Shown here: piece by piece, positions 18,714-28,358 of the stretch
Layout: the number at the start of each line of letters is the position of its first letter
Numbering within the stretch: position 1 is the first letter of the stretch
Assembly: GCA_964576975.1 (NCBI GenBank)
Contig: CAZNWM010000002.1
Coordinates: forward strand, 3,811 to 67,810
Length of the DNA: 64,000 nt
Source of the DNA: an uncultured Candidatus Planktophila sp.
GTDB lineage: Bacteria; Actinomycetota; Actinomycetes; Nanopelagicales; Nanopelagicaceae
Direction of reading: 5' to 3'
Notes under the pieces: model-generated
Seen by the model: only the letters and a program-made list of their open reading frames with translations
Databases searched by the model: none
Told to the model about the DNA's origin: nothing
Program-made: the position numbers and the translations under genes

Positions 18714-19823
18714 TTTCAGTTCTCCGCATGGATTTTCATCAGCGGTTCGTGTCTTGAATTTATCGATGATTGTTTTCTCTGGCTTAGCAGTTGCAGACGC
18801 ATTAGGTGATGGGACTACTTCATCAACAATTGGCAGATCATCTCGCAATCTCTGAAAGAGTTCACCGGCTAGAACTGGATCCCAAGTAACAACTGATCCA
18901 ACACCTTCTGCGTATGCGTTTGGATTGTCAATTGGAACAGTCAGTGTTCGAACTTTGCTCGCAGATAAGTTACGCAATTGCTTAGCAAGAGTCAGTAAAT
19001 CTGATTCATTTAATGCTGAATCGGTTTTGACTGTAGAAATTGCAGCATTAAAGAAATTCACAAGTTTAATTGGGTTTAGCAAAACCCCTGTGCTCGTTGC
19101 TTTTCTAAGTACAGAACTCATGAATTGTTGCTGGCGCTGCATACGCCCGATGTCACCTAGTCCATCAATGTCTCGAGTTCGAACATACTTAAGTGATTCG
19201 ATTCCGTTAAGTGTATGAACTCCAGCGGCAAGCACGAGATGGCTCTTTGGATCATCAATGTCCTTCTTCGTACAGACTTCAATACCGCCCAGTGCATCAA
19301 CAATCTTGGCGAATCCCGCAAAGTTGATTTCGATGTAGTGATCAATACGTAGGTTTGTCGCAAGTTCTACAGTTTCAATTAACAGAGGTGCGCCACCCCA
19401 TGCAAAGGCGGCATTAATCTTTGATTTACTCACACCAATATCTTTTGTGCCATCAGAACTGCGATGCGCAGGAATTGTGACGAGCGAATCTCTAGGTAGC
19501 GAAACAATCATTGCCTTATCACGCGCTTTGCTTATGTGAACAAGTAACATCGTGTCAGAACGACCACCAGCGGCAGTCTTTGTACTTCCAACACGAAGCA
19601 CCTTCATCTGCTCTTTAGTGAGCCCTTCTCGCGTATCTGAACCAACAAGCAAATAGTTCAGAGCTTTAGAAGTTTTCTCAGGACGAGAATCTAATTTTCC
19701 AAATACGTCAATTCGCTTAATCGAGCCACTGACCTGACCAAGGGCTAACCAAGAAAAAGCAGATACGAGTACAACGCTTACTGATAAAACAGTGAGCGCC
19801 TTAATTCCTCGCGTAGTATTCAC
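18711..19823 (-). CDS. LCP (LytR-CpsA-Psr) family glycopolymer transferase
   Basis: N-terminal TM, LLVGSD, GRSDTMLL, SLPRDS, KINAA, YVRTR and GRMQRQQ. Confidence 0.93.
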   Translation of the reverse strand: MNTTRGIKALTVLSVSVVLVSAFSWLALGQVSGSIKRIDVFGKLDSRPEKTSKALNYLLVGSDTREGLTKEQMKVLRVGSTKTAAGGRSDTMLLVHISKARDKAMIVSLPRDSLVTIPAHRSSDGTKDIGVSKSKINAAFAWGGAPLLIETVELATNLRIDHYIEINFAGFAKIVDALGGIEVCTKKDIDDPKSHLVLAAGVHTLNGIESLKYVRTRDIDGLGDIGRMQRQQQFMSSVLRKATSTGVLLNPIKLVNFFNAAISTVKTDSALNESDLLTLAKQLRNLSASKVRTLTVPIDNPNAYAEGVGSVVTWDPVLAGELFQRLRDDLPIVDEVVPSPNASATAKPEKTIIDKFKTRTADENPCGELK

Positions 19824-19859
19824 GGGTAGAGCGTACTTGGACGATAGCGTGTAGGGGTT

Positions 19860-20870
19860 ATGGCGACATCAGGAATTGAGTTATCTCTCTCACCGGGGAC
19901 CAATTTGCCCGGTGTTTCTGTCGTTCTTCCCGTTCTTAATGAAGAGTTGCATTTAGCCAATGCTATTAATTCCATACTTTCTCAAGATTATTCCGGCTCA
20001 CTTGAAGTAATTCTGGCACTCGGACCTTCGCAAGATAAAACCAATCAAATAGCACTGGAGTTAGCTTCATCGGATTCTCGAATCACATTGGTCGAAAATC
20101 CCAGTGGAAGAACCGCAGCAGGATTAAATGCAGCCATTAACAAATCAAAAAACCCTGTCATCGTAAGAGTTGATGCGCATTCTGAGTTACAAAAAAATTA
20201 TGTTTCTCAAGCCATTGAAGTGATGAAATCAAGTGGCGCCGTAAATGTTGGTGGAGTTATGGGAGCAGAAGGAAAATCTTCATTTGAAAGAAGCGTCGCC
20301 GCCGCAATGCGAAGTCCCTTAGGAGTAGGCGCATCTAGATTTCATACAGGTGGCAAAGCTGGGTATGTGGACACTGTTTACTTGGGCGTTTTTCTTCGTT
20401 CGGCAGTGATTGCAGTTGGTGGCTTCGATGAACGATTTATCCGGGCTCAAGATTGGGAATTGAATTATCGTCTTCGCCAAAGGGGCGGCACTATTTTTTT
20501 TGATCCACGTTTACATGTGACGTATCGTCCGCGATCTACAGTCAGAGCTCTGGCAAAACAATATTTTGAATATGGAAGATGGCGCCGGGTTGTCTCACGT
20601 CGACATCAAGGAACAATCAATTATCGTTATTTGGCGCCACCTTTCGCATTCTTAGGGACAACTCTTTCGCTAGTTTTTGCTTTAGTAATTAATCCAATCT
20701 TCATAATTCCCGCTGCTGTTTATGGAATTTTCTTAATTCTTGCCTCATTGATAACAGGAAAAGGAATAATAGAAAAACTTCTGTTGCCAATCGTTTTATT
20801 CACGATGCAGATGTCGTGGGGCCTTGGTTTTCTCACATCACCCAAGACTCTTGCTCCATCCAAGGGCTAA
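19860..20870 (+). CDS. Glycosyltransferase family 2 with C-terminal TM helices
   Basis: VVLPVLNE, RVDAH (DxH), GGFDE and AQDWELNYR. Confidence 0.9.
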   Translation: MATSGIELSLSPGTNLPGVSVVLPVLNEELHLANAINSILSQDYSGSLEVILALGPSQDKTNQIALELASSDSRITLVENPSGRTAAGLNAAINKSKNPVIVRVDAHSELQKNYVSQAIEVMKSSGAVNVGGVMGAEGKSSFERSVAAAMRSPLGVGASRFHTGGKAGYVDTVYLGVFLRSAVIAVGGFDERFIRAQDWELNYRLRQRGGTIFFDPRLHVTYRPRSTVRALAKQYFEYGRWRRVVSRRHQGTINYRYLAPPFAFLGTTLSLVFALVINPIFIIPAAVYGIFLILASLITGKGIIEKLLLPIVLFTMQMSWGLGFLTSPKTLAPSKG

Positions 20871-20900
20871 GAAAGAACGGGCTGATGTAGCCTGTACACC

Positions 20901-21728
20901 GTGAGCGCGCCACTGCAGGTATACGAACCATTTAGAGCAGGGCTGCCACCACTTCGTAAGTACTGGCGATCACTATGGTCACGCAGAACATTTATAGCCG
21001 AATATTCTCGTTCTGAATTACGCGAGCAGCACTTTGATTCAATATTTGGCCAACTCTGGCTAATCCTTAATCCACTTCTTCTTTCTGGTGTTTACTTCTT
21101 GTTAATTGTCATTATCGGAGGCTCAGGGGGAGCGCTTCGTTATGGCCACTTAACTGCAAGTCTTTTTCTCTTTTACTTGATAAGCAACAGTTTAAGTGGT
21201 GGAGTGAAATCAGTTACTGCAGGTCAACGCTTGATTCTTAACACCGCATTTCCACGAATGATGCTTCCAATTTCAGCCACCGTTATTGCTTTGTTTAAGT
21301 TTATTCCAACCCTGTTCGTATTCTTGATAATGCGCACAGTGTTGGGGCTGCCATTTGGCTGGGAAATGTTGTGGGCTATTCCTATAATTCTTATTGCGCT
21401 CGTTTTTGCGCTAGGTGTAGCAATTTTGATTTCAACAATTAATGTTTACTTTCGAGATATAGCGAGCTTCTTGCCATATCTAATTAGAACTTTGTTGTAC
21501 TTATCTCCAATCCTTTATGAAGCATCAGCGCTCAAACCAGAGCTGCGAATTCTCCAGCACATCAACCCACTATTTGCTCTACTTGATTCATGGTCTACAG
21601 CAATTGTTCATGCGCAGACTCCAGAGCTATCAAGCATGCTAGCTGCCAGTGGTTGGGCTTTTGGAGTCTTACTTGTTGGAACATACTTCTTCTTATCTAG
21701 GGAGCGTGAGTTCGCTGTCCGCCTCTAA
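20901..21728 (+). CDS. ABC-2 glycopolymer export permease (Wzm/TagG-like)
   Basis: FGQLWLILNPLL, INVYFRDI, LYLSPILY and INPL motifs. Confidence 0.9.
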   Translation: MSAPLQVYEPFRAGLPPLRKYWRSLWSRRTFIAEYSRSELREQHFDSIFGQLWLILNPLLLSGVYFLLIVIIGGSGGALRYGHLTASLFLFYLISNSLSGGVKSVTAGQRLILNTAFPRMMLPISATVIALFKFIPTLFVFLIMRTVLGLPFGWEMLWAIPIILIALVFALGVAILISTINVYFRDIASFLPYLIRTLLYLSPILYEASALKPELRILQHINPLFALLDSWSTAIVHAQTPELSSMLAASGWAFGVLLVGTYFFLSREREFAVRL

Positions 21729-22512
21729 CACACTCCATAAAACTGGTGACCTTGCAGTTTCAGTTAACAATCTTGGCCTGACTTATGAAACAGCGATTGA
21801 TCGCAGACCAACGCTTAAGGCACGCGTTAAATCTTTAGGTCGTGGCACAAAACAAACTCGTGTTGTACAGGCACTAGATAACGTGAATCTTGATGTGACC
21901 TATGGTCAAGTGCTCGGAGTTATCGGAACAAATGGCGCTGGTAAATCATCTTTAATGCGCACAATTGCTGGAATCATTCCGCCGACGCAAGGGCGTATTG
22001 AAGTTTTCGGAAAAGTGAGCACATTGTTAGCACTAGGTGTCGGCTTTAATCCCGCAATGTCAGGTAGGGCAAATGTTCATCTTGGAGGACTTGCTGCAGG
22101 CATGACGCGTAAGGAAATAGAAGAACACTTTGATGAGATTCACGATTTCTCCGAACTCGGTGACGCCATCGATGCGCCTATGAGAACTTATTCATCTGGA
22201 ATGTATGCACGATTAGCTTTCTCGGTTGCGGCAACTGTTCAGCCAGATATTTTGATTGTTGATGAAGCGCTCAGCACAGGTGATGCACACTTTAAGGAGA
22301 AGAGCTTTAACAAGATAAAGGAACTCAGAAGTGAAGATCGTGCATTAATTCTTGTGAGCCATGCCATGGCAACGCTTCGAGAAATATGTAATGACGTTGC
22401 TTGGTTACATAAAGGCAAATTAGTTTCACGTGGCAACCCAGATAAAATAATTGATGAGTATCAAGATTTCTTGCACCTAGGAAAGAGCTCTGCAATTGAT
22501 GAGGATCTCTAA
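21706..22512 (+). CDS. Glycopolymer export ATP-binding protein (Wzt/TagH-like)
   Basis: GTNGAGKSS, YSSGMYARLAF, LIVDEAL and VSH. Start placed at GTG 21706 (track start 21649). Confidence 0.9.
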   Translation: MSSLSASNTLHKTGDLAVSVNNLGLTYETAIDRRPTLKARVKSLGRGTKQTRVVQALDNVNLDVTYGQVLGVIGTNGAGKSSLMRTIAGIIPPTQGRIEVFGKVSTLLALGVGFNPAMSGRANVHLGGLAAGMTRKEIEEHFDEIHDFSELGDAIDAPMRTYSSGMYARLAFSVAATVQPDILIVDEALSTGDAHFKEKSFNKIKELRSEDRALILVSHAMATLREICNDVAWLHKGKLVSRGNPDKIIDEYQDFLHLGKSSAIDEDL

Positions 22513-23746
22513 AACTTTCATAGTTGTTTTCTCACTTATTTTTTCGCTAACACCAGCGCACGCACAGGAAATTCCGACCGAATTTAGTTTTCAAGGCAAC
22601 GGGTATGGCCATGGTGTTGGTCTGAGCCAAATTGGCGCACGTGCAAAGGCACTGAGCGGAGAAAGTGCTCAATCAATTCTTTCCTATTACTACGCTGGCA
22701 CTCAAATACTTTCTCTAAACGATGATCAAAACATTCGGGTCAATGTTGGCCACATGCTCACCCAAGCAACCCTCAAATCCGGTACTCAGAATTCAACTCT
22801 TAATCTTTATATGGGAGACGTAGGTGAAAACACCGCTGCCATTCCTGTTGCAACACTTAATTGGAGATCAGGCATTTCTTTTATTCAACTTGGCCGTAAT
22901 GTTTCAGCTTTTGTTGTTACTGGTAAAAATTCTCAATTTATAGGTAGTAGTTCAGCGTGGAGTGTGCGTTGGTCTGGTACACGGTATCTGGAAGGAATCC
23001 CGTCAACAGTTTCATTAAGGATTAATTCAAAGAGTGTGAAGTATCGCTATGGCCAAATTCAAGTTAAGTCTGTGAGGTCACCGGTATTGGGACACAGAAT
23101 GGCGGTGACAAATACAGTTCGAATCCACGATGAGTATCTATATGGAATTGGTGAAGTTCCTTCATCATGGCCGAGAGAGGCTCTCATTGCTCAGGCAATT
23201 GCATCTCGTTCTTATGCGTTAAGTAAACTTGGTACTCCAAGATCTATATGTGATTGCAACGTGTACAACAGTATTTCCGACCAATCCTTCGTTGGCTTTT
23301 CAAAAGAAAGTGAATCTATCTATGGAAAGCTGTGGAAAGAGGCCGTTCAAGCGAGTTCCACATCTGAAACTACTGGACAAGTAATCACACTCAATGGTTT
23401 ACCAATTACTGCATTTTTCTTCTCATCAAGTGGAGGACAAACCGAAACCAGTGTAAATGCATGGGGTCAAGAAAGAAGTTTTACAACTAGCGTTGCAGAT
23501 CCCTTTAGCTTAGATCCGATTCTTAACCCACGTTTTTATACCTGGAATCGCCCCTTGACCCAAGCAGTTCTTGCACGAGCATTCGTCCTAACAGATGTTG
23601 TCGCGCTAAACATTGACTCTAGAAATACCACCGGAACCGTTGCAAGAATTACAGCCAGATCAAGTGATGGAAAAACTTCTACGCTACGTGGTGAAACTTT
23701 CCGCAGCAGAACTCAACTGCCATCAGCGTGGTTTAACTTAATTTGA
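22499..23746 (+). CDS. SpoIID/LytB-domain protein (putative lytic transglycosylase), secreted
   Basis: Signal peptide (AHA-Q), [37 protein letters not shown] and GETFRS. Confidence 0.85.
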   Translation: MRISKTFIVVFSLIFSLTPAHAQEIPTEFSFQGNGYGHGVGLSQIGARAKALSGESAQSILSYYYAGTQILSLNDDQNIRVNVGHMLTQATLKSGTQNSTLNLYMGDVGENTAAIPVATLNWRSGISFIQLGRNVSAFVVTGKNSQFIGSSSAWSVRWSGTRYLEGIPSTVSLRINSKSVKYRYGQIQVKSVRSPVLGHRMAVTNTVRIHDEYLYGIGEVPSSWPREALIAQAIASRSYALSKLGTPRSICDCNVYNSISDQSFVGFSKESESIYGKLWKEAVQASSTSETTGQVITLNGLPITAFFFSSSGGQTETSVNAWGQERSFTTSVADPFSLDPILNPRFYTWNRPLTQAVLARAFVLTDVVALNIDSRNTTGTVARITARSSDGKTSTLRGETFRSRTQLPSAWFNLI

Positions 23747-24661
23747 ATGTAGGACTGAGTTTAATCCGCCCCACGAACCAGTGCGCATAACTACTTCTAA
23801 ACAACCATCAAGTGAATTACGTCTAAATAGTAAGTTGCTTGCTCCCGACAAAGAAGATGCCTTTACGATATCTCCATCTGGCAGACGAACCTTTGCCGCA
23901 GCTGTTATGTAAGTACCTGATTCAATTACACAGTTATTTCCCAGTGAAATTCCAAGACCTGAGTTTGCACCCAAGAGGCATTTTTCTCCGATAGAAATAA
24001 TCTCTTTTCCGCCTCCGCTAAGTGTTCCCATAATTGAGGCACCGCCACCAATATCTGTTCCATCGCCAACAATTACTCCAGCAGAAATTCTGCCCTCAAC
24101 CATTGATGTTCCAAGTGTCCCAGCGTTGAAGTTAACAAAGCCTTCATGCATCACTGTTGTTCCAGAGGCTAAATGCGCTCCCAGTCGTACACGATCGGCA
24201 TCTGCAATACGCACACCTGAAGGAATAACGTAATCAACCATTCGTGGAAACTTATCAACGGCAAGAACTGTTATAGCACCATACTTTTGCTTCAGATTAG
24301 CTCGCGTAATTTCAAAATTTTCAACAGGACATGGACCGACTGAAGTCCACACAACATTATTTAATACTCCAAATATTCCTTCGAAATTGGCGCCGTGAGG
24401 TTTGATAACTCGATGTGAAAGCAAATGAAGTCGAAGATACGCATCACTAACTGACTCAGGGGCTTTATCTAGATTAATCTCGAGGGAAACAACTTCACGT
24501 TTTACTCCGCGTATTTCATCAACACCTGCAAGTGCCGACAGAAATGGCAAGACCGGGGTAGAAAGATTGCCCAATACGGGTTCTGGAAACCACGTATCCA
24601 AAACCGCTCCACTGAGTGAAACGGTGGCAAGACCATGGCCCGATGCAATGCGTTGTGACAT
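23738..24661 (-). CDS. dapD: Tetrahydrodipicolinate N-succinyltransferase (actinobacterial type)
   Basis: [39 protein letters not shown] and LFRRNS. Confidence 0.95.
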   Translation of the reverse strand: MSQRIASGHGLATVSLSGAVLDTWFPEPVLGNLSTPVLPFLSALAGVDEIRGVKREVVSLEINLDKAPESVSDAYLRLHLLSHRVIKPHGANFEGIFGVLNNVVWTSVGPCPVENFEITRANLKQKYGAITVLAVDKFPRMVDYVIPSGVRIADADRVRLGAHLASGTTVMHEGFVNFNAGTLGTSMVEGRISAGVIVGDGTDIGGGASIMGTLSGGGKEIISIGEKCLLGANSGLGISLGNNCVIESGTYITAAAKVRLPDGDIVKASSLSGASNLLFRRNSLDGCLEVVMRTGSWGGLNSVLHSN

Positions 24662-24667
24662 GGGCTA

Positions 24668-24689
24668 AGCGTAACGCCTATTGTTACGC
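24668..24689. promoter_or_regulatory. Back-to-back leaderless -10 boxes of dapD and LOG within a 7-bp inverted repeat
   Basis: TACGCT (minus, 24668-73) lies 6 nt before the dapD ATG; TATTGT (24679-84) lies 7 nt before the LOG ATG; GCGTAAC-N7-GTTACGC spans 24669-24689. Confidence 0.55.
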
Positions 24690-24691
24690 CC

Positions 24692-25234
24692 ATGTCGTTA
24701 CGTATATCTGTGTATTGCTCATCTTCTCCAACTATTGATAAGAAATATCAAGATTTAGCATTTGAACTCGGAGAAGCAATTGGTGCACGTTCCTGGAATC
24801 TTGTTTCAGGTGGTGGCCATATTTCAATGATGGGTGCGGTGGCACGTGGGGTTAGAAAATCTGGCGGCCACACAATTGGCGTGATTCCACAATTGCTTGT
24901 AGATATTGAGTTTGCAGATAAAGATAGCCATGAATTACACGTTGTTGGATCAATGCGAGAGCGCAAAGGCAAAATAGAAGAGCTAGCCGATGCATTTATT
25001 GCTCTACCCGGCGGCCTTGGAACCCTCGAAGAGTTGTTTGAAATATGGGTTGGGCGGTTCTTAAATTTTCATCAAAAACCAGTTGTGGTGCTCGATCCAT
25101 TTGGTCTTTATGAACCACTCAAGACTTTAATTGATCATCTAGAAGTCGAAGGCTTCGTTAAACCGGGACAACGCGAGTTACTACATTGGTGCACAACAAT
25201 CGATCAAGCATTGGATATCTGTAGTGGCCGATAA
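24692..25234 (+). CDS. LOG family (TIGR00730-like) nucleotide phosphoribohydrolase
   Basis: VYCSSS, SGGG..MMG, MRERK and LPGGLGTLEE. Confidence 0.92.
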   Translation: MSLRISVYCSSSPTIDKKYQDLAFELGEAIGARSWNLVSGGGHISMMGAVARGVRKSGGHTIGVIPQLLVDIEFADKDSHELHVVGSMRERKGKIEELADAFIALPGGLGTLEELFEIWVGRFLNFHQKPVVVLDPFGLYEPLKTLIDHLEVEGFVKPGQRELLHWCTTIDQALDICSGR

Positions 25235-25673
25235 TCACATAGCGCTCACACTTACACTTCCCTGCAGCGCCGAACGTGCATGGGATGAAGTAACAAATTG
25301 GGAGAAGCAAGGCTCATGGATGTTACAAACTTCAGTGTGGCTGACATCTGAGATTGAAAAAGGGCCAGGGACGGAAATCGCAGCATTTACTGGTCCACTA
25401 CATAAACTCTTTCCACGATTTAAATTTTTAGGACTTCTAGACACCATGGTTGTTACAGATTGGCAACCACCACACATTTGCGATGTTTTGCATACTGGTA
25501 AAATACTTAAAGGAACAGGACGTTTTGAAATTATTGCAATAGATGATCACACTTCTAGATTTAATTGGTCGGAAGTCATTTGGGCGCCACGCATAATTTT
25601 CTTGATTGTCAGACCAGCTTTTTACGTTGGAGTATGGATTTCTCTGCATAGATTCGCTCGATCTCTTAGATAA
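25224..25673 (+). CDS. SRPBCC (START-like) family protein
   Basis: AWDEVTNWEKQGSW, DTMVVTDWQPP and H-T-G-x-x-x-x-G-x-G-x-F patterns typical of actinobacterial SRPBCC proteins. Confidence 0.75.
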   Translation: MADNHIALTLTLPCSAERAWDEVTNWEKQGSWMLQTSVWLTSEIEKGPGTEIAAFTGPLHKLFPRFKFLGLLDTMVVTDWQPPHICDVLHTGKILKGTGRFEIIAIDDHTSRFNWSEVIWAPRIIFLIVRPAFYVGVWISLHRFARSLR

Positions 25674-25736
25674 CTCTCACGATAAATCGCCTAGATGCGG
25701 GCAGAGGTTGGCCGTTCGCACAGTAAACTTAGATAC

Positions 25737-25928
25737 ATGAGCGAACCCAAAACTTTGTCAGAAGTTCTGGCTGCGCTCCCAGATGAAGAAAGAATTATTT
25801 TGGTTATGCATTATTTGCGATCTATGCCACCCAGTGAGATTGCTCAAAAACTAGGGGTTCCAGAGCGTTCAGTTACGGCAGTTATCGCTTCAGGCAAGGC
25901 TCGCCTGAGCAAAGTACTGGGCATTTAA
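25737..25928 (+). CDS. Stand-alone sigma-70 region-4-like HTH protein (63 aa)
   Basis: LAALPDEERIILVMHYLRSMPPSEIAQKLGVPERSV matches the ECF sigma region 4 pattern; TAAACT -10 box lies 7 nt before ATG 25737. Confidence 0.75.
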   Translation: MSEPKTLSEVLAALPDEERIILVMHYLRSMPPSEIAQKLGVPERSVTAVIASGKARLSKVLGI

Positions 25929-26021
25929 GCCCCCTTTTTCGATTTCATATATTCGCTCTAAATGCGAGATACTTCTCCCTTACAGAACGCTCTTCAATTA
26001 ACTTCCCTAAGGAGTCCCCAG

Positions 26022-26201
26022 ATGGCAGCTATGAAACCCCGCACTGGTGATGGTCCTATGGAGGTCACAAAGGAGGCTCGCTCACTCGTGATGCGAATTC
26101 CACTAGAAGGCGGCGGTCGTCTCGTAGTTGAAATGAATGCAGAGGAAGCAAATAACCTCAGCGCTGCATTACATGCCGCAGTCTCCCTCGTTAAGAAATA
26201 G
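26022..26201 (+). CDS. DUF3117 domain protein
   Basis: MAAMKPRTGDGPMEVTKE...RIPLEGGGRLVVE signature; SD AAGGAG at 26009-14. Confidence 0.92.
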   Translation: MAAMKPRTGDGPMEVTKEARSLVMRIPLEGGGRLVVEMNAEEANNLSAALHAAVSLVKK

Positions 26202-26237
26202 AGCGCATTTCTTCGTTTTTTAGTTAGCCTTTGCGTT

Positions 26238-27719
26238 ATGCCTAATGCCCAACTTGCGAGCATCTCTTCACGCCTCGAAGATATTGTCAGCGCAGATGCA
26301 ATTGCAGTTGGCTTCGTTAAGTCCGAAGAAAATGGATATGAATTAGTTGGCGCTATTGATGCAATAGCCTCATTAGAGAAATTCTTCGATGTTGATCTCA
26401 TCGACGAAATATCTTTTTTTCAACCCGCAGGAAAACCTGGTGAGATTCTTGAAATCCCAGTGAGTCAAAAAGCCACAAAAGCTGATCGAGTCTTTGTCAT
26501 TGGCCTTGGAGACCAAAGCACTCAATCCCATCGTCTTGCTGCAGCTAGCTTGGGTAGAAGGTTACGCGGCAAAAAAGTTAATGTTTCAAATTTATTGGCT
26601 AGCGATTCACAAGATATTCGCGCTCATGCGATTTCCGCTGTTTTAGGTTCATATACATGGACACTTAAGAGCGATGCAAAAACAGATCAGCCAACATTTA
26701 ACATTGTAGGCAAGAGCGAAAAAGTCATTGATGAAGCGACTGTGATTGCAAATGCAGTATGTCGCGCTCGCGATTTAGTTCACACTCCATCGAATATCAA
26801 GAATCCACTGTGGATGGCGCAACAAGCGCAGAAGATTGCTAAAGAAGGCAAACTCGCAATCAAGGTGTTGGCAGGCAAAGAACTCGCTCAATTTGGCGGT
26901 TTGCGTGCGGTAGGAAATTCATCTCCAAAACCTGGGCCCCGATTTATCCAGATTACATATACGCCTAAATCAACTGGAAAAAAAGTGCCACACGTTGTCT
27001 TAGTTGGCAAAGGAATTACTTTTGACACAGGTGGCGTTTCACTCAAGCGACCTTACGATTTGATGATGGCCATGAAGAGTGACATGGCTGGTGCATCCGC
27101 TGTTCTAAACGTTGTGGGAGCGCTACCGGATTTAAAGCCGCGAGTGAAAGTCACAGCACTATTGATGTGTGCAGAAAATGCACTCTCTGGAACTTCTCAA
27201 AGGCCAAGTGATGTGATTACTCATTACGGCGGAACAACAGTAGAAGTTCTAGATACTGATGCCGAAGGTCGTTTAGTTCTAGCAGATGGATTGGCATACG
27301 CCGATGCAAAACTTGATCCGGATTATTTGCTGGACATAGCAACCCTTACTGGTTCTGCAACGCTGGGACTTGGTCGCCAGTATGGCGCCATGTACACGCG
27401 AGATTTGAAGTTAGCATCGCAGTTAGTTGCAGCAGGTGAATCTTCAGGTGATCGCCTCTGGCACATGCCTCTGATTGATGATTATCAAGATTCACTTGAA
27501 AGTGACATCGCAGACTTTAATCACACAGCAGATAAAGGTGATTACTCCGCTGGCTCTGTCACGGCGGCGTTATTTCTTGAGAAATTTACTGGCAAAAGAA
27601 AATGGGTTCATCTAGATGTTGCAGGCACAGCACGAAGTGAAAATGACGCGGGGGAGTCTCCTAAAGGTGGGACTGGTTTTGGTGTTCGCTTATTAATTGA
27701 TTGGATTATTAGTTTATGA
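26238..27719 (+). CDS. pepA: Leucyl aminopeptidase (M17)
   Basis: VGKGITFDTGG, MKSDMAG, AEN, DTDAEGRLVLAD and DIATLTG. Confidence 0.92.
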   Translation: MPNAQLASISSRLEDIVSADAIAVGFVKSEENGYELVGAIDAIASLEKFFDVDLIDEISFFQPAGKPGEILEIPVSQKATKADRVFVIGLGDQSTQSHRLAAASLGRRLRGKKVNVSNLLASDSQDIRAHAISAVLGSYTWTLKSDAKTDQPTFNIVGKSEKVIDEATVIANAVCRARDLVHTPSNIKNPLWMAQQAQKIAKEGKLAIKVLAGKELAQFGGLRAVGNSSPKPGPRFIQITYTPKSTGKKVPHVVLVGKGITFDTGGVSLKRPYDLMMAMKSDMAGASAVLNVVGALPDLKPRVKVTALLMCAENALSGTSQRPSDVITHYGGTTVEVLDTDAEGRLVLADGLAYADAKLDPDYLLDIATLTGSATLGLGRQYGAMYTRDLKLASQLVAAGESSGDRLWHMPLIDDYQDSLESDIADFNHTADKGDYSAGSVTAALFLEKFTGKRKWVHLDVAGTARSENDAGESPKGGTGFGVRLLIDWIISL

Positions 27720-28345
27720 TGAAGATAGATCCACATGCATATGCAGAAAGTTTTATCCAAGAAGATGAATTTCAAATTCGTGCGCGTGCTCGCGGAGCAG
27801 AAGTTGGCGCCAATGATGCGACAACAGGTGTTGGTTCATACCTTCGCGCACTCGCACATCAGCTCTCTGCCCAATCAGTTGTAGAAGTTGGAACAGGCTC
27901 GGGAGTCGGAAGTCTTTGGATTTTAAGTGGAATGATTTCGAGCGGAACTCTTACCTCAATTGATGATGAAACCGAGCATTCACGTATTGCCAGAATTGCA
28001 ATGCAAGATGCAGATATTGCTCCATCACGCTATCGACTCATCACTAATTCAATTATGGACGTTATGACGAAGTTAACTGATCGTGCCTATGACTTAGTCG
28101 TCTTACGACACAATCCTGAAGACCTGACATACACAATTGAGGAAGCGCACCGCATTTTGCGAAGTGGTGGAGTTATGGTTATTGACGGATTTTTTGGAGG
28201 TGGCAAAGTAAGCGATCCATCACAGCGGGATCCGCGAACAATTGCACTACGCGAAGCTGGCAAAACCGTGAAAGGCGCCACAGATCTTTGGGTGAGCACA
28301 CTCATCACAGTTGGTGATGGTTTGTTAATCGCAACAAAGTTGTAG
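27716..28345 (+). CDS. O-methyltransferase (Rv1220c-like)
   Basis: VVEVGTGSGVG SAM-binding motif, LTSID and AYDLV. Confidence 0.85.
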   Translation: MMKIDPHAYAESFIQEDEFQIRARARGAEVGANDATTGVGSYLRALAHQLSAQSVVEVGTGSGVGSLWILSGMISSGTLTSIDDETEHSRIARIAMQDADIAPSRYRLITNSIMDVMTKLTDRAYDLVVLRHNPEDLTYTIEEAHRILRSGGVMVIDGFFGGGKVSDPSQRDPRTIALREAGKTVKGATDLWVSTLITVGDGLLIATKL

Positions 28346-28358
28346 CAGGATAAGCGCC

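Noticed and set aside
25919-25939. GGGC-loop-GCCC followed by T5 after the sigma-4 gene as a terminator
   Set aside because: Only a 4-bp stem, separated from the T tract; too weak to call.
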